This document shows positions 1 through 13,604 of a stretch of DNA of 64,000 nt, one piece after another. Position 1 is the first letter of the stretch; each line of letters starts with the position of its first letter. This DNA comes from Phaeosaccion multiseriatum. Lineage: Eukaryota > Protista > Ochrophyta, other classes. Below the pieces are notes generated by a model. The model was not told the DNA's origin and made no database searches. It saw nothing but the letters and a program-made list of their open reading frames with translations. The translations under genes were made by a program, and so were the position numbers. The DNA is taken from assembly GCA_965112735.1 (NCBI GenBank), contig OZ218956.1, positions 2,790,001 through 2,854,000 of the forward strand, given 5' to 3'.

Positions 1-1997
1 CCAGCAACGACCCGGGCATGAGGCTGCGACTCCTCACTGAAGCCAATAAGGTCCTGAGGGATCGGCGCAAGAAGGTGAGAGAAGAACGGGGGCGAAGAAG
101 AGGGACAAGGCAGCGCGCAAAGAAGCTTATTCTTTCGGCTTTCTGTTTTCAGGTTGCTTGCAAGTTCCCTGTCGAGGGCAGAACCCCTTTATTCTCTCTC
201 TTTCTCCCTCCCTCTCTCCCTCTCTCACAAACCCGTCCGTGGCCTTTTCCCCTCGTGCTTCCTTTCCGATGTTGTCCTGTCCTGTCCTATCCTGTCCTAT
301 CCCGCTTCGCCTTGCAAAGTGGACCAAAGTCGCCGGAGGAGGTACAAGAAACGCGGGAGGAGGGACGCAGGGGGAGCAAGGGGGGCAAGAAGAGGAAGGC
401 AATGCAGAGGAGAGGTTGCTGAGGGCGCAGAAGCAAAGGCGAGAGAGGCGCATCACTGACAAGCTCACCAAGGCTGCCGCCATGCCTGAGGGAACGCAGG
501 CCTCAGGTACTTCTACTCACTCACTCAATTACTCACTCACTCACTCACTCACTCAATCAATCAATCAATCAAGTCAGTGAATCACCACCTTCTCTATCGG
601 AAACTCTCCCTCTCCTCCTCGCCCCCCCCCCTCCCTTCTCCATCTCCATCCACTGCCATCCCTCTCCTCCTTCTCTACCCTCCGCCCTCTGCAGGCATCC
701 GCTACGCCCCCCGCGAGTGGGGATCGAAGGCCCCTGCACCCGGCGCTCCAGGGGGGCCCAACGCCTTTCGAGCTTCGCTTAGCTTGGAGGAGATGCGCCT
801 CGCGGCCTGCTGGTGCGTGTGTGCGAATGTGGTTGTGTGCGTGTGTGTGCATGTGTGTGTGCGTGTGTGTGTGCGTGTGTGTGTGTGTGCGTGTGTGTGT
901 GCGTGTGTGTGTGTGTGCGTGTGCGTGCGTGTGTGTGTGTGCGTGTGTGTATATGCGTGTGCGTGCATGTGTGTGTGTGCGTGTGTATGTGTGTGTATGT
1001 GTGTGTGCCTGTACGTGCATGTGTGTGTGTGCATGCGTGTATGTATGTATGTGTGTGTGTGCATGTGTGTGTGCGTGCGCGCGTGTGTGTTTTGCATGCT
1101 GTGTGTGTGCGCATGTTTGCGGTATCGACGTCAAGATCGATATCAACTGAACATCTCTACCCAACCTCCGTCGTTTACAATACTTCTCCCTCCCCTCCAG
1201 GGACGGTATGGTAGCAACCGAAGCACACTACGCAGCCGTCGCCGAGGGCCGTCTCTCGTCCCACGACCACAACCGCCACCGCCAGCTCCAACAGGCTGGC
1301 GACGCCTCCGTAGACCTCCTTCGTATCGACGTGGATGTAATCGAGGACCTTCTGGAGGCGGCAGGAGGCTTCTTCGTCACGGATGCACAGGCCGCGGTAG
1401 AGGTGGAGAGCATTGAGAAGGACCAGATGGGAAGGAGCTCTCTCTTCCAAGCCGTCAGGTACACGTATCGTTCGCTCCTTCTCCGTGTGCGTGCGTGTGT
1501 GTGTGTGGGTGGGTGGGTGTGTGTGCGTGCGTGTGTGTGCGTGTGTGTGTGCGTGTGTGTGTGTGCGTGTGTGTGTGTGCGCGTGTGTGTGCCTGCGTGC
1601 GTGTGTGTTTGTGTGTGTGTGTGGGTGGGTGTGCGTGCGTGTGCGTGCGTGTGTGTGTGCGTGTGTGTGTGTGCGCGCGTGTGTGTGCGTGCGTGTATGT
1701 TTGTGTGTGGGTGTGTGTGTGTGGTTATCTCCCTGGGTGCCGTAACGCGCCACGTAACGCCTCCCCCCCTGGACAGATGGTTCCGTGGCTGGATGGTGGC
1801 GAGGGAACAAGCCGAGGAGGCAAAGGCCCACCCCCCTCCCCAATGGAGACAGCGCGTGGCAAGCATGCATCGAAGCATACGCTCCGCTTTCGACGGGTGA
1901 GCTGTGGCGGTACGCATACGGGCATATGACCAGGCTGGCAGGCAGGCATATGGGTAGACTGACAGGCTCTACCTACTAGTTTGCTTTGCTATGATTT

Positions 1998-2045
<48 letters not shown>

Positions 2046-3263
2046 AGTCGAGTAACTGAGACAGAGCCCGAGCTGCGGGGAGGGCGGGGGGGGGGGGGCG
2101 CGAAGTGTGCGTCCCATCTGCTGACACTAAGTGCCCTCTGCCTGCTTTCGGCTACATGCTGATACTAAGTGCCCTCTGCTTGCCGCCCCCTTCAACCCTC
2201 TCGGTTGCCCATCTTCAACGAAACAAATGCACGGACGCACGCACGCGCCCACGTACACACTCCCCTCCATTACATCAGAGTGGCACGCTTCCAGGCGGGG
2301 CTGCGCGAACGTTTGGAGCAGCAAATCGCCACCAGAGAGTATGAAGAGTCGGCTCAAGGACTGCCGCTGGGACAGGGAGCAGCAGCAACCGCAGTAGTTG
2401 GTGATAGAGTAGCAGGAGGAGGAGCACGAGGAGGAGGACGAGGAGCACGAGGAGGAGCACGAGGAGGAAGAGGAGCTGGAGAGCCGGCGGTGGTGGGCGG
2501 TGGCACGGCTGGAGCCACCAAAAAGGGACGGACGATGGCAGCCAACGGCCTCCCCCCGCCCCCGCTGCCAAGACTCCCCTCAGCCCCCCCAGAGAGCAAG
2601 CATGAAGGTACCACGGAAGGTACGAAGAGAGAACAAACGGAAGCTTTCGAGTTGACCTCATGGAAGGGGGGGGCTACCTTCACTTTACTTTTGTAAAGGT
2701 TTAGCAAGTTCAAGTTTGGAGTGCAAGTTCAAGTTTGTTGTGAGGGGCTCTCGAGGCGGATCCGTCCTCCAAAGGGAGCAGGAGGGGGGAGGGGGTAATG
2801 AGGTTAAGCGTATACCCCCCTAATCTTCGCAAACCCCCCCCCCCCATTTGTTGTCCCCTCGTCTGCTCTCTTTGTCACTACAAACTTCCAATCGTGTGTG
2901 CAGCTTCGAGAACGAACGGCAGAAGGGGTAACCAGGAGGAGGAGGAGGAGGAGGAGGAGGGGGAGGAGGAGGAAGAAGAAGAAGAGGAAGAGGAAGAGGA
3001 AGAGGAAGAGCAAGAGGAGGAGGAAGACAAGGAAGCAGCAGGCGACGAGGGACCTCCCCCGATATCCAGAGTGGCCATCTCCGCCGTTGTGTCCAAGGCC
3101 GCGAGCAGTAGGGGGGCGGCGTCGATAGCCAAGGTATGCTTGGGTCAGTGAGAAGCGATGCTTGGGTACCCTTGGTTGCTATCTGTTGGCAGCCTCGTTG
3201 TTGTTGTTATGGTTGAGTGGGGGGCGGAGGGGTGCCCAGCGCTCTCTTTCACTGTGTGTCTCT

Positions 3264-3308
<45 letters not shown>

Positions 3309-3403
3309 TTTCGTTCTCGTTCTCTTTCTCTCTCTCTCTCGCTGCCCACCTCTGACTCTCTGCGGCCTGCATGTGTGTGTGCGTGTGCCGTGCGTGTACG
3401 TGT

Positions 3404-3441
<38 letters not shown>

Positions 3442-6134
3442 GCATGTGGGTATATGTCCGTGTGTGTGCCTCCCCCACCCGTCCCGAGCACAGCACGCCG
3501 TCCTGACACTGGACATTGTGCACGCAACTGCTGAGAGACCCCGGCCCTCTTCCCCCTCAGACCGAAAGAGGAAAGGTGAGAGAGAAGGAGGGGACAGAGC
3601 GAGAGGGAGAGGGGAAGAGAGGAGGAAGAGAAGAAGGAGGAGGGGAGAAGAGGTCTCCTCTCTCTCTCTCTCTCTCTTCTCAGACTTTTCCGTTACACCT
3701 CTCTCGAGACAGAGACATGTAACTAACATTAACTGACATGTAACTGACATGTAACTGCTTGTCATGATGCGTCGCCATGCTCCCCCTCACAAGATGCACT
3801 CCTCAGCTCCCCCTTCCTCTCCCCCTCCCTCCTCCTCCCCCCTGCCTCCCTCCCTCCTCTCTCTGTTTAGCCCCCCCCGGTGACGGCCTTGCACTTGAGG
3901 GCCAAACCCCGTCAGCGAAGGCCGCTGAAGCTGCAGAAGAAGCAGCAGCAGCCAAAGCCACGCCCTCTGCCCCTGCCGACCCGTCAACGCTGGAGATACT
4001 CGAGTGGCTCAAGACCAGCCGCGCTCACGTTAGTAACCAAGGCGCATGCACGCACACGCACACGCACACGCACACACACACGCACACGCACACGCACACA
4101 CACGCGCACGCATGCACGCACTCACGCACCGTCTTTGACGTTGGATGGGTTGCTTCTCTCTCTCTCTCTTAGTCTCTATCCTTTTTATCTCTATCACTCC
4201 GTCTCTCTCTCGTCCTCTTCCAACTCTTTCTCTCACGTACTCTCACTCTCACTCCCCCTTCTCTCTCTCACGGCGGGGCAGAGCGACAACATACCCGGCG
4301 ACGCCCCTGCTGCATCACGAACTGGTGTACCACCAACTGCTGCCCCGACCCAGGGGGGTGCCAAAGGCCTGCCACCCGGGGGGGCAGGACCCAGGGGGGG
4401 CGCCCTGCCTCCTCCTCGCTGCGACGCCGCCGCTTGGATCGACTTGGCCTTCAGGGTACGTACTAAGTACTAGTATGTAAGAGCCGGTCTGCAAAACGTT
4501 CCGTGGGGATGATTGAGGATTCTTCCCTTTTGCAATGCCGATGCCAATGCAACCTTCCCCCCTCTCACCCCCTCACACATACACACACGTATATATGTAC
4601 ACGCACGCACACACGCATCCTCCCCCCCCCCCTCTCTCTCTCTCTCTCTCAGGAACCCTGGGCGGCTTGTGACGAGACCATCCACCCCGTGGACTTGGCC
4701 CAGGCTCGCTACCTCGCCTCCCAGCTGAGATCGTTCCTCAAGAACATTCCCAGGGACCACCGCAGAGGGCTTGGCTTCGATGATGTACTCGTGGAGGTAC
4801 TCATGGTCACGCCCCCTCCCTCCTCCATCAAACATGGTGCTGGTGCTGGTGCTGGTGCTGGTGCTGGTGCAGGCTCCGGCAGGCTGGGGTCGGGGCCTGC
4901 TTCACGGGCCGGGTCAAGGCCGGGGTCGAGGGGGGGGGGCGACGCGCCGAGTGGTCAGCCGCAGGCAAGACGCATCATTCGACTGGGGCTCTTCCGCCAT
5001 GCGTCTCGGAATAGCACGAATAGTAACACTAGTAGTAGAAGGGGGGGGCGGGGTAGTCATAGCAAAGGCAGTGGGCATAGCAATGGTAGGAGTAGTGGTG
5101 TGGGCGGTGAGGGGGGTGACGACCCACTCACCTTCGAGGAGCGGTTGCTGCAGGAGGCCCAAACGCGAGGGGACCCAAGTACAGCAGGCAGCGGCAGCAA
5201 GAGGAGGGGGAGGGATTTGGAGGCAGATGGGGCGGCTGCAGATGCCAAGGGCCTCAGCGACTTTGTGCGGAAGCTTTCCGTCCAGGTAAGGAACAGGGGG
5301 TGTGAGTGGTGACTTCCCTCCCTTTCCATACGCCTCCACACTACTCTCGCCCCTCCCAACATGTGCGCAATCAGTGAAGAACTGCGCCATCGGTATGCCT
5401 CTACTCTTGCTCCCCGTATGCCTCTACTTTTGCTCCCCGTATGCCTCTACTCTTGCTCCCCGTATGCCTCTACTTTTTCTCCCCGTATGCCTCTACTCTT
5501 GCTCCCCGTATGCCTCTACTCTTGCTCCCCGTATGCCTCTACTCTTGCTCCCCGTATGCCTCTACTCTTGCTCCCCGTATGCCTTTACTCTTGCTCCCCG
5601 TATACCTCTACTCTTGCTCCCCGTATGCCTCTATTCTTGCTCCCCGCATGCCTCTACTCTTGCTCCCCGTATGCCTCTACTCTTGCTCCCCGTATGCCTC
5701 TACTCTTGCTCCCCGTATGCCTCTACTCTTGCTCCCCGTATGCCTCTACTCTTGCTCCCCGCATGCCTCTACTTTTGCTCCCCGTATGCCTCTACTCTTG
5801 CTCCCCGTATGCCTCTACTCTTGCTCCCCGTATGCCTCTACTCTTGCTCCCCGTATGCCTCTACTCTTGCTCCCCGTATGCCTCTACTCTTGCTCCCCGT
5901 ATGCATTCGTGAGCCCCCGGGGCCGGCCTTGGAAAGAGCAAGTTGTGAGCTGTGTGTGTGTGTGTGCTTGCCGCTCTCCTTCCTCCTGCACCGGGTATGC
6001 CATGTTTTGTCATCCCCTGTCTACATTCCCCCCTCCATCCTCTGCTGATGCCAGCCACCACCGCCTTTGCCCCCTCTTGCTCGCGCCTGCCTGCCTGCCC
6101 GTCTACCTGCCTGTCTGTCTGCTTTCCTGCCTGT

Positions 6135-6187
<53 letters not shown>

Positions 6188-9100
6188 TGCCTGTCTGTCT
6201 GCTTTCCTGCCTGCCTGCCTGCCTGCCTGTCTACCTGCCTGTCTGTCTGCCTGCCTGCCTGTCTGCCTTCCTGCCTGCCTGCCTGCCTGCCCGTCTACCT
6301 GCCTGTCTGTCTGCTTTCCTGCCTGCCTGCCTGTCTACCTGCCTGCCTGCCTGCCTGCCTGTCTGTCTACCCATATGCCTGCCCATGTGCCTGCCTGCTG
6401 CTCGTGTACTGTGTGCTCCAAATCAAGCAGATTGGCTTCACCCACAGTCTCTCCGACACGATGAAGGAGCAGCGTGAGTGGCTAGGGTGGGAGCGGAAGC
6501 TCTACGGCCCCTTGGAGGCAGAGCTTCCTCCTGAGCTTCTGCAGGCCCAGGCCTTTGCAAGGCATGTCGTGGACTCCATTCGGAGGTGAGAAGAGAAGCA
6601 AGTTGAAGTTGAGGGTGACAACCACCAGATGAAAGCAAAGCAAAGCTCGGCCAGAGCAAGTTGAGGGTGACGGCCAGATGAAACCAAAGCAAAGCTCGGC
6701 CAGGGACAGGGCAAAAGGAACGCCAAGGGATAGAGTGTAGCATAGCCAAGTCAAAGCCCTGGGGTACAGCAAAGACAGGTATAGCCATGTTTACCCGGTA
6801 TAGCCATGTCTACCCCTTTACTCTTCGGTGTCTACCCCTTTACCCCTATTTCCACATGCCTGCCATGCCCGCGTCCCAGCCCCCCCCCCCCCCCCTCCCT
6901 CCCTCCCTTCACAACAGAGCCGCAGAGATGGAGAGAAGGGTGTCCGGCGCTGGTGGAGGAGAAGGAGGAGGGGAGGGAGGGGGGGGAGGGGGGGGTATGG
7001 ACTTTGACGAGATGAGACCCTTGCTCAACAAGGCCGGCCTTCTCACAAATGGCACCCGGGGACACCTACACCTCCTTCTGAAACGTTTCTTTAGGGAGGA
7101 GGCGAAGCACGCAGGCTTCGGGGAGGTGACCCAATGGGCCAAAGACAAGGTCATCGGGGCCATCTTTCGAGAGGCCGACAGCTCGGGGGACAGAGGCTTG
7201 AGCTACTTTGAGATGCTCAAGTTGTTGAAGCGATTGGGCAGGCAGGACGTGCCTCTCGCGCTGGGGGGAGAGGCGGAGTACATTAAGGCGTTACGGAATT
7301 TGGGAGTGGAGCAGGACCAGCACGGGAGGCTTACTGAGGCAGGGCTGGGCGCCTTTTATCGCAGGTTCGGACGGTTGAAGGACGATGCCAGGCGGCTTGG
7401 GCTGGGCTCGTTGGATTCCTTCATGGGGTTGAGTTTCAATTTGGTGGGCGAGTTGGACGCTCGAGCGGTGGACTCGCTGGAGGTGTTGCTGGAGCCGCAC
7501 GGGAGGGTGCGACGCGCGGAGAAGAGGGACCTGCTAGCCTCGAGGTGCATTCGCGACTTATACTGGGACTTCAGCTGCCATCGCCTGTCGGACTGGTTCT
7601 TTCCGCCCACTCCCGCTCCCGCTTCTTCCACCTTCACCCTCGATGGTGGTGGCGGTGTCTTCCCCTTCCCGTCCTCTTTTCTCTCCTCGACCTCGCTCCG
7701 AGCCTTCCTCTGCGAGCCGGGGAGGCTTGCCGAAGCCGTGACGGGGTGGCAGCAGGAGCTTGCCGACGGTTTCAGAGGGGTCATTCCCGAGCTACGGGAG
7801 GCCGTGAGGAAAGAGCTTGGGGATGCTTCGGCGGATGTAGCGTCGGCCGATCTGTCGGGAACTTTCTGGATGGGACATGCTGAGAAGGAGGAGAAGAAGA
7901 AGGAGGAGGAGGAGGCAGAGCAGGCGGGAGGAGGAGGGGAGGGGGGGGGGGAGGAGGGGGGAGGAGGAGGGCTTCTGTCGCGAGGGGTGGAACTGCCGCC
8001 GCAGCAGTTGGTGATACAGCAGCAGGAGGAGGATACGGAGAAGAGGGGGGGGGAGGAGGAGGAGGACGAGGAGAAGGAGGGGGAGGAAGAGGAGGAGGAG
8101 GGGGAGGAGGAGGAGGGGGCAAAGGGAGGCTCGGAGGGGGAGGAGGATGTCGACGATCTCGCTGACTTCATCGTCCCTTTGGGCACGCTTGCCACGCTGG
8201 AGAGCCTGACGAAGGAGCTGACCAAGGTGAAAGAGGGGGGGAGGAGAGGAGGGGGGGAGGGAGAGAGGGAGGGAGGGAGGGAGGGAGGGAGGGAGGGAGA
8301 GAGGAGGGAGGGAGGGAGGCAGGGAGGGAGGGAGGAAGGGAGAGAAAGAGAGAGAGGGAGGGAGGGAGGGAGGGGGGGGGGGGAGGGAGAGAGAGAGGGA
8401 GAGGGAGTGATGAAGTGATGGAGAGAAAACAAGAGAGCGAATAAACGAACGAACGTGTGATAGAAGCACGCACCCATTTGCTGCCATTTACCCCCATCCC
8501 CATCCACTGCCATTTCCTTTCTCTCATCAGGTGGAAGACCTCCTACACTCGGATGTCCCGCGCGCCATGAAGATGGAGCTGGAGGCCAAGCAGCTGACGA
8601 TGACTCGGCAGCTCCACAGCCTAAAACACGACCTCGACATGTCCTGCTTTGTTGCGGCAGCGAGGTTCCTGCGCTTCTACGATGGTGAGGGAGGGAGGGA
8701 GGGAGGGAGGGAGGGAAGGAAGGAGGGAAGGAAGGAAGGAGGGAGAGAGGGAGGGAGGGAGGGAGGGAGGGAGGGAGGGAGGGAGGGAGGGAGGGAGGGA
8801 GGGAGGGAGGGAGGGAGGGAGGGAGGGAGGGAGGGAGGGAGGGAGGGAAGGAGGGAGGGAGGGAGGGAGGGAGGGAGGGAGGGAGGGAGGGAGGGAGGGA
8901 GGGAGGGAGGGAGGGAGGGAGGGAGGGAGGGAGGGAGGGAGGGAGGGAGGGAGCGAGGGAGGGAGGGAGGGAGGGAGGGAGGAAGGGAGGGAGGGAGGGA
9001 GGGAGGGAGGCGCAGGGAGGGAGGGAGGGAGGGAGGGAGGGAGGGAGGGAGGGAGGGAGGGAGGGAGGGAGGGAGGGAGGCACAGACAAGGTAATCCGTG

Positions 9101-11568
9101 TGCGCGTCAGGTCGCTCCTAACCCCCCTCTTACGTATGGATACAAACACCTCTTACGTATGGATACAAACACCCCTTACGTATGGATACAAACACTTCTT
9201 ACGTATGAATACAACCACCTCTTACGTATGGATACAATCACCTCTTACGTATGGATACAAACACCTCCTACGTATGGATACAAACACCTCTTACGTATTA
9301 GGAGCCCGCTGCATGCTGGAAAGCGTGTCAATGGTGGGGATGGGGGATGAAAAGGTGACGCTGCGGATGAGGATGGAGGGGCTTCTCAAGGACGTGTTTG
9401 ACTACTTGCCACCAGGCAAGGGGGAGCCCTCGCCAGGTGAGTGGCTCTTAGTGTAGAAATATTGCCACATGCATACACACACACATGCATACCCACATAC
9501 GCGCGCACGCACACGCACACACACAGGGAGGGAGGGAGGGAGGGGCAACGAGATGAAGAGAGAGCACAGAGAGAGAGAGAAGAAGAGCCGAAGAGGAGAT
9601 GAGCGGAAAGGAAAAGGTCACTCACACCCTCTTGGCACATACTCACGCGAATGAATGCACAACACACCCACCCCCAAACCCCCGTTTTGTAACTGTCTGT
9701 ATACCCGACGTGTAACCGACGTGTAACCGACGTGTAACCGACGTAGTCCGTCTTCGTGAGGAGACTCGAGCGAGCTTGGCGGAGGAGAGGCGGAGGGCAG
9801 TCATGGAGGAGCTCGACACGGAGCTAGAGAGGCAGGCCAAGCTTGGTGAGGGGGGGAGGAAGGGGGGTGGGTGGGTGAGCAAGGAAGGAAGGGGAGTGGG
9901 TGGATGCGTGCCGGTGTGCGTGCGTGCGTGAGTGCTTGCATGGGGGCGTGGGTGGGGGCGTGGGGGCGTGCGTGGGTGGGTGAGTGGAGTTTAAGTTTGT
10001 GCATCTTCACTTTTGCTCTGCTGTTGTGAACCACATGCTTGCCTCTGCTCAACCAACAAACAAACACACAAATCAAACCAACCAACAAACAAACAAAAAT
10101 AAAAAGGCGGTGAGAAGCAGCGCAAGCGAGAGGAGGCCCGCCGCAAGAAGCTTCAGACGCGTCTCACAGAAGAAGTACAGCTCTACCGCCGAGGCCTCGC
10201 AGCAAGGGAAAGGGCTGAGCTCAAAGACAGCGAGCGGGTGCTGGCACAGGAGCTCTGGCAGCGTCTTGTGACCCTCAGGCAGAGGCGGAGGAGGGGCACG
10301 CTAGGAGCCGTGGCGGCGATTAACAACCTTGCTGTGCTGCTCGTGGAGGGAGGAAGTGGGGGGGAGGAGGCGCACTACGAGCGCATGGTTAGGGAAGGGA
10401 GGCAGCTGCTGGCCCTTGCCGTCAAGGTGGGTGCGTGCGTGGGTTGCGTGGATGGGTGTGGGTGGGTGCGTGGGTGCGTGCGTGGGTGCGTGCGTGGGTG
10501 CGTGCGTGCGTGGGTGCGTGCGTGCGTGGGTGCGTGCGTTCATGCGTGTGTGTGTGTACTTCCACCTTGAACCCCTTGTACCCCCTTAAGCCTCATCCCC
10601 CAATCTCGCTCCTGCTGTCCCTTCACCCTCAGATAACGGAGAAGGTGATCAGCAGCTCTCTCATGCTCGGTAGCACATCCTCGTTCTTGGAACACCGCAA
10701 GGCTATCGAGGAGGAGGAGAAGGAGAAGGTGGCGGAAGAGGAGGAGGAGGGGGAGGAGAAGGAGGGGGGGGGGGGGGTACCGGAGGGGGGGGAGGAGGAG
10801 AATATCGAGCTCGGACTCTCTCCCCTCGCGGTGACGCTGAGCAACCTGCTGTTCGCGTTGAGGGAAGAGCACGATGGACCTAGTGTAAGACTCCGAAAGC
10901 AGAGGGAGAGGGAGATGAGGAGAAGCAGCAGCAAGAGGCGACTGCTCGACCCCTTTGCAGACAGCAGTGATGATGATGATGATGATGATGATGATGCTGA
11001 TGGTGAGGAGGAGGAGGAGGAGGAGGGGGAGGAGAAAGGGGGCGATGGGGAGGGGGGGGGGCGACGAAGGCAGCAGAAGCAGCTTGAGGAGACGGAGGAG
11101 GAGAAGGCCATTCGGCTGTTGTACGAGCGATGTCAGAGCGTCAGCGGCGCCCTCACAGACGTGCAAGTAAAGGTATGTGCGGGTGTGGGTGTGTGTGTGT
11201 GTGTGTGTGTGTGCGTGCGAGTGCGGGTGTGTGTGTGCGTGTGTGTGTGTGTGCGCGTGTATGTGTGTGTGTGTGTGTGTGTGTGCGTGTGTGCGTGTGT
11301 GTGAGAGAGTTGAGTGTTCGCTTTGCTCTTCGAAGAGGGCCTAGAGAAGATGTGTGTCGTTATTGCGCTAGTGGCCCGACTGTGTCGGTATCGAAGAGAT
11401 CGACTTGGCGACTCGAACATCTCAACTTGCCGTGTGGGGGAGCTCTAAACTCTTCCGCCACTGCCCTCCTCGCACACATAAACGCACGCACACACATATA
11501 CACACATACACACACTCACACACAAACACGCACGCACACAAACACACACACGCATCCACACACACATA

Positions 11569-11615
<47 letters not shown>

Positions 11616-13099
11616 CTCCAAACGACGCCCCCTCAGGAGGCGAACGACAAAGAGCTCATGTGCGCTGGAGTGGGCATGGTGACCTTCCTCGACGACTTGC
11701 AGTGGTTCCATCAGAGAGAGCTGTGCAGCTTCCTGGAGCCGGAGCCGGAGCAGACGGAGGAGAAGGCTCCAGAGGTCGACGACAAGAAGACGAAGAAGAA
11801 GCTCAGGATCCGCAAGAAGAACGGAGAGCTCGATCTTGATGTACTGGCAATCGTCGATCCTAGGAAGGCTGCGAGGATACGCAATCGAATGGCGCGGCAG
11901 GTGCGTGTGGGGTGAGTGAGGGGGTGAGTGAGGGGGTGGGGGAGGAGAGAGGGTGTGGAGGGGGCAGGGGAGAGGGGAGAGGGGAGAGGGGCGAGGGGAG
12001 AGGAGGCACAGCACATAGGGGGTTAGGTAGGGCATGCATATCCACATCCACATGATGCCATCTGTAGGCATCCATATGGCTCCCCAGTCAGCCGACAACT
12101 GCCCTCCACTCATTCATCACTCATCACCCTGTCCCCCGCCCCGGCCGCCTTACCGTCACGCACGCACACACGCCCACGCACGCGCACGCACACACGCATG
12201 CACACACGTACGCACACCTACGTATACACGCACACGCATACACGCAACCGTGATGCACTCGTTCCTGTGTGCCAGGCGAGTCAACAGAAGAGGAAGGCGG
12301 ATCGGCTGGGGCTGGACCAGACCAAGACTAAGGTGAGTTGGCACAGCGACGGATGTAGGGCTAACCCTGAGGGGTTGTGGATGATGGAGGGGAGGCCCAA
12401 GACTATGAAGCGGAGGCCCAAGACTATGAAGCGGAGGCCCAAGTGAGGGGATGCCGCGTGTAAGGAGGAGGAGGACTTGAAGAGGAGTAAACGTGTGCAT
12501 GCATGTACCTCCCCATGCTCGTGCCAAGTATCCATACATGGGGCGGTAACTGTGCTACCCTTCTCCTTCCAGGCCACCTCCCTCGGTCACTCAAGAAGCG
12601 GAGCGACAGACCGGGCGGGCGGGACAGCCAACGTCGTGCTGAACCCTCTCACTCTCTTGTCACTCTCTCCCCCTCTCTCTCCCTCCCCCTCTCACACTCT
12701 CTCCCTCCCCGTTTCACTCCCTCCCTCCCTCCCTCCCTCCACCCCTCTCTGTCTCTCTCTCCACCCCCCTCCTCGCCCCTCACGCACCACATGCTGTTAT
12801 CACAGGTGCTCTCCAACTTGATCTCCCCGGCCTTGCTCAAGAAGCAGGCATCAGCATCCGCATCAGCACCAGCAGCAGCAGCAGCAGCAGTTAGTGATAC
12901 AGTAGCAGGCGGAGGAGGAGATGGGTGGAGGGCCAAGGCTGAGACGTGGCGTGCGGAGAAAGCGCCACTCCACTCTGGCTCTGAGTCTTTGTTCGCCAAG
13001 ACCCTTGGGAAGTTCAAGACGCTGAAACTGCCCACCGTACACACCACAACCGTCGCTGTCAGGACCGTACAAAAGAAGATGGAGGGCTCAGCAAAGTAA
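1..13099 (+). CDS. Large multi-exon EF-hand / coiled-coil / TPR-like protein of unknown function; 5' end lies outside the window
   Basis: Phase-consistent GT-AG exon chain (approx. 1-74, 320-506, 695-812, 1201-1458, 1777-1896, 2048-2104, 2279-2619, 2904-3133, 3494-3574, 3871-4028, 4282-4455, 4653-5285, 6431-6585, 6919-8226, 8531-8684, 9302-9436, 9747-9845, 10107-10426, 10633-11172, 11637-11900, 12276-12332, 12806-13099). EF-hand loop [12 protein letters not shown] at 7177-7212; TPR-like helix AINNLAVLL. Could be two genes if the stop at 2696 is used instead of the 2620-2903 intron. Confidence 0.7.
813..1722. repeat. Two intronic imperfect (GT)n/(GTGC)n microsatellites (813-1110 and 1483-1722)
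   Basis: Directly visible; they produce the spurious CV/HT ORFs. Confidence 0.95.
5393..5904. repeat. Intronic 23-bp minisatellite GTATGCCTCTACTCTTGCTCCCC, about 22 copies
   Basis: Period 23 nt; the ORF track shows the matching 23-aa repeat [23 protein letters not shown] in all three frames. Confidence 0.95.
6085..6400. repeat. Intronic (CCTG/TCTG)n tract before an acceptor
   Basis: Directly visible. Confidence 0.95.
8686..9078. repeat. (GGGA)n tract directly after a splice donor, with G-quadruplex potential; shorter copy at 8235-8405
   Basis: About 390 nt of near-pure GGGA. Confidence 0.95.
9126..9298. repeat. Intronic 23-bp minisatellite CCTCTTACGTATGGATACAAACA, about 7.5 copies, ending at the acceptor
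   Basis: Directly visible; the last copy runs into TTAG at 9298-9301. Confidence 0.9.
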
Positions 13100-13604
13100 G
13101 CGGGGGCCTTTGCAGCAAACAGCCCAGTCGTGGGTAGTGGGTGCATGTATGCATGTAGGCAGGGTAGACGTATGGGTAGGTGGTGAAGCGACGAGAGGGA
13201 ACATCCTCCTTCCCCTCCTCCTCAGAAAACCCTTTCACTAGTAAGAGAGGTTTGAACATTCGCATCGTGTTGCCCTCGTCGAGACAAGTCGAATGCCGGT
13301 ATCGTTGCCTCCTGCAACCTCTATCAAGTTCAGTTCTATGGCCCTGCAGCGTGTGAAAGCCTAGCAAATTGAAACTCCTGTTCCTTACGTAAGGGCCATG
13401 CGGGTCTTACGTAAGGGTGTCTTGCAGCCCAGAGGGCCCTCATTCTCCCCCGTTGAGCAGTTTTGGTTACTCGTCCCAGGTAGGGGTGGGTAAGGGGAGT
13501 GCAGCAAGACCCTCCGAATCTTTGGTGACTTTGGGGGCGCTTTTTCTCTCTTTTAGCACTCGATTGATTTGCGTAAGAATCGCCCAAATCGCCCCCTACT
13601 TCGG

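Noticed and set aside
574-1929. Long Cys-Val or His-Thr ORFs as metal-binding proteins, and similar ORFs elsewhere
   Set aside because: Translations of intronic (GT)n/(CA)n microsatellites.
5302-6589. Repeat-protein ORFs ([27 protein letters not shown])
   Set aside because: Stop-free minisatellite inside the phase-consistent intron 5286-6430.
7356-9149. 597-aa minus-strand PPSL-repeat ORF (extensin-like)
   Set aside because: Antisense shadow of real exons plus (GGGA)n intron tracts.
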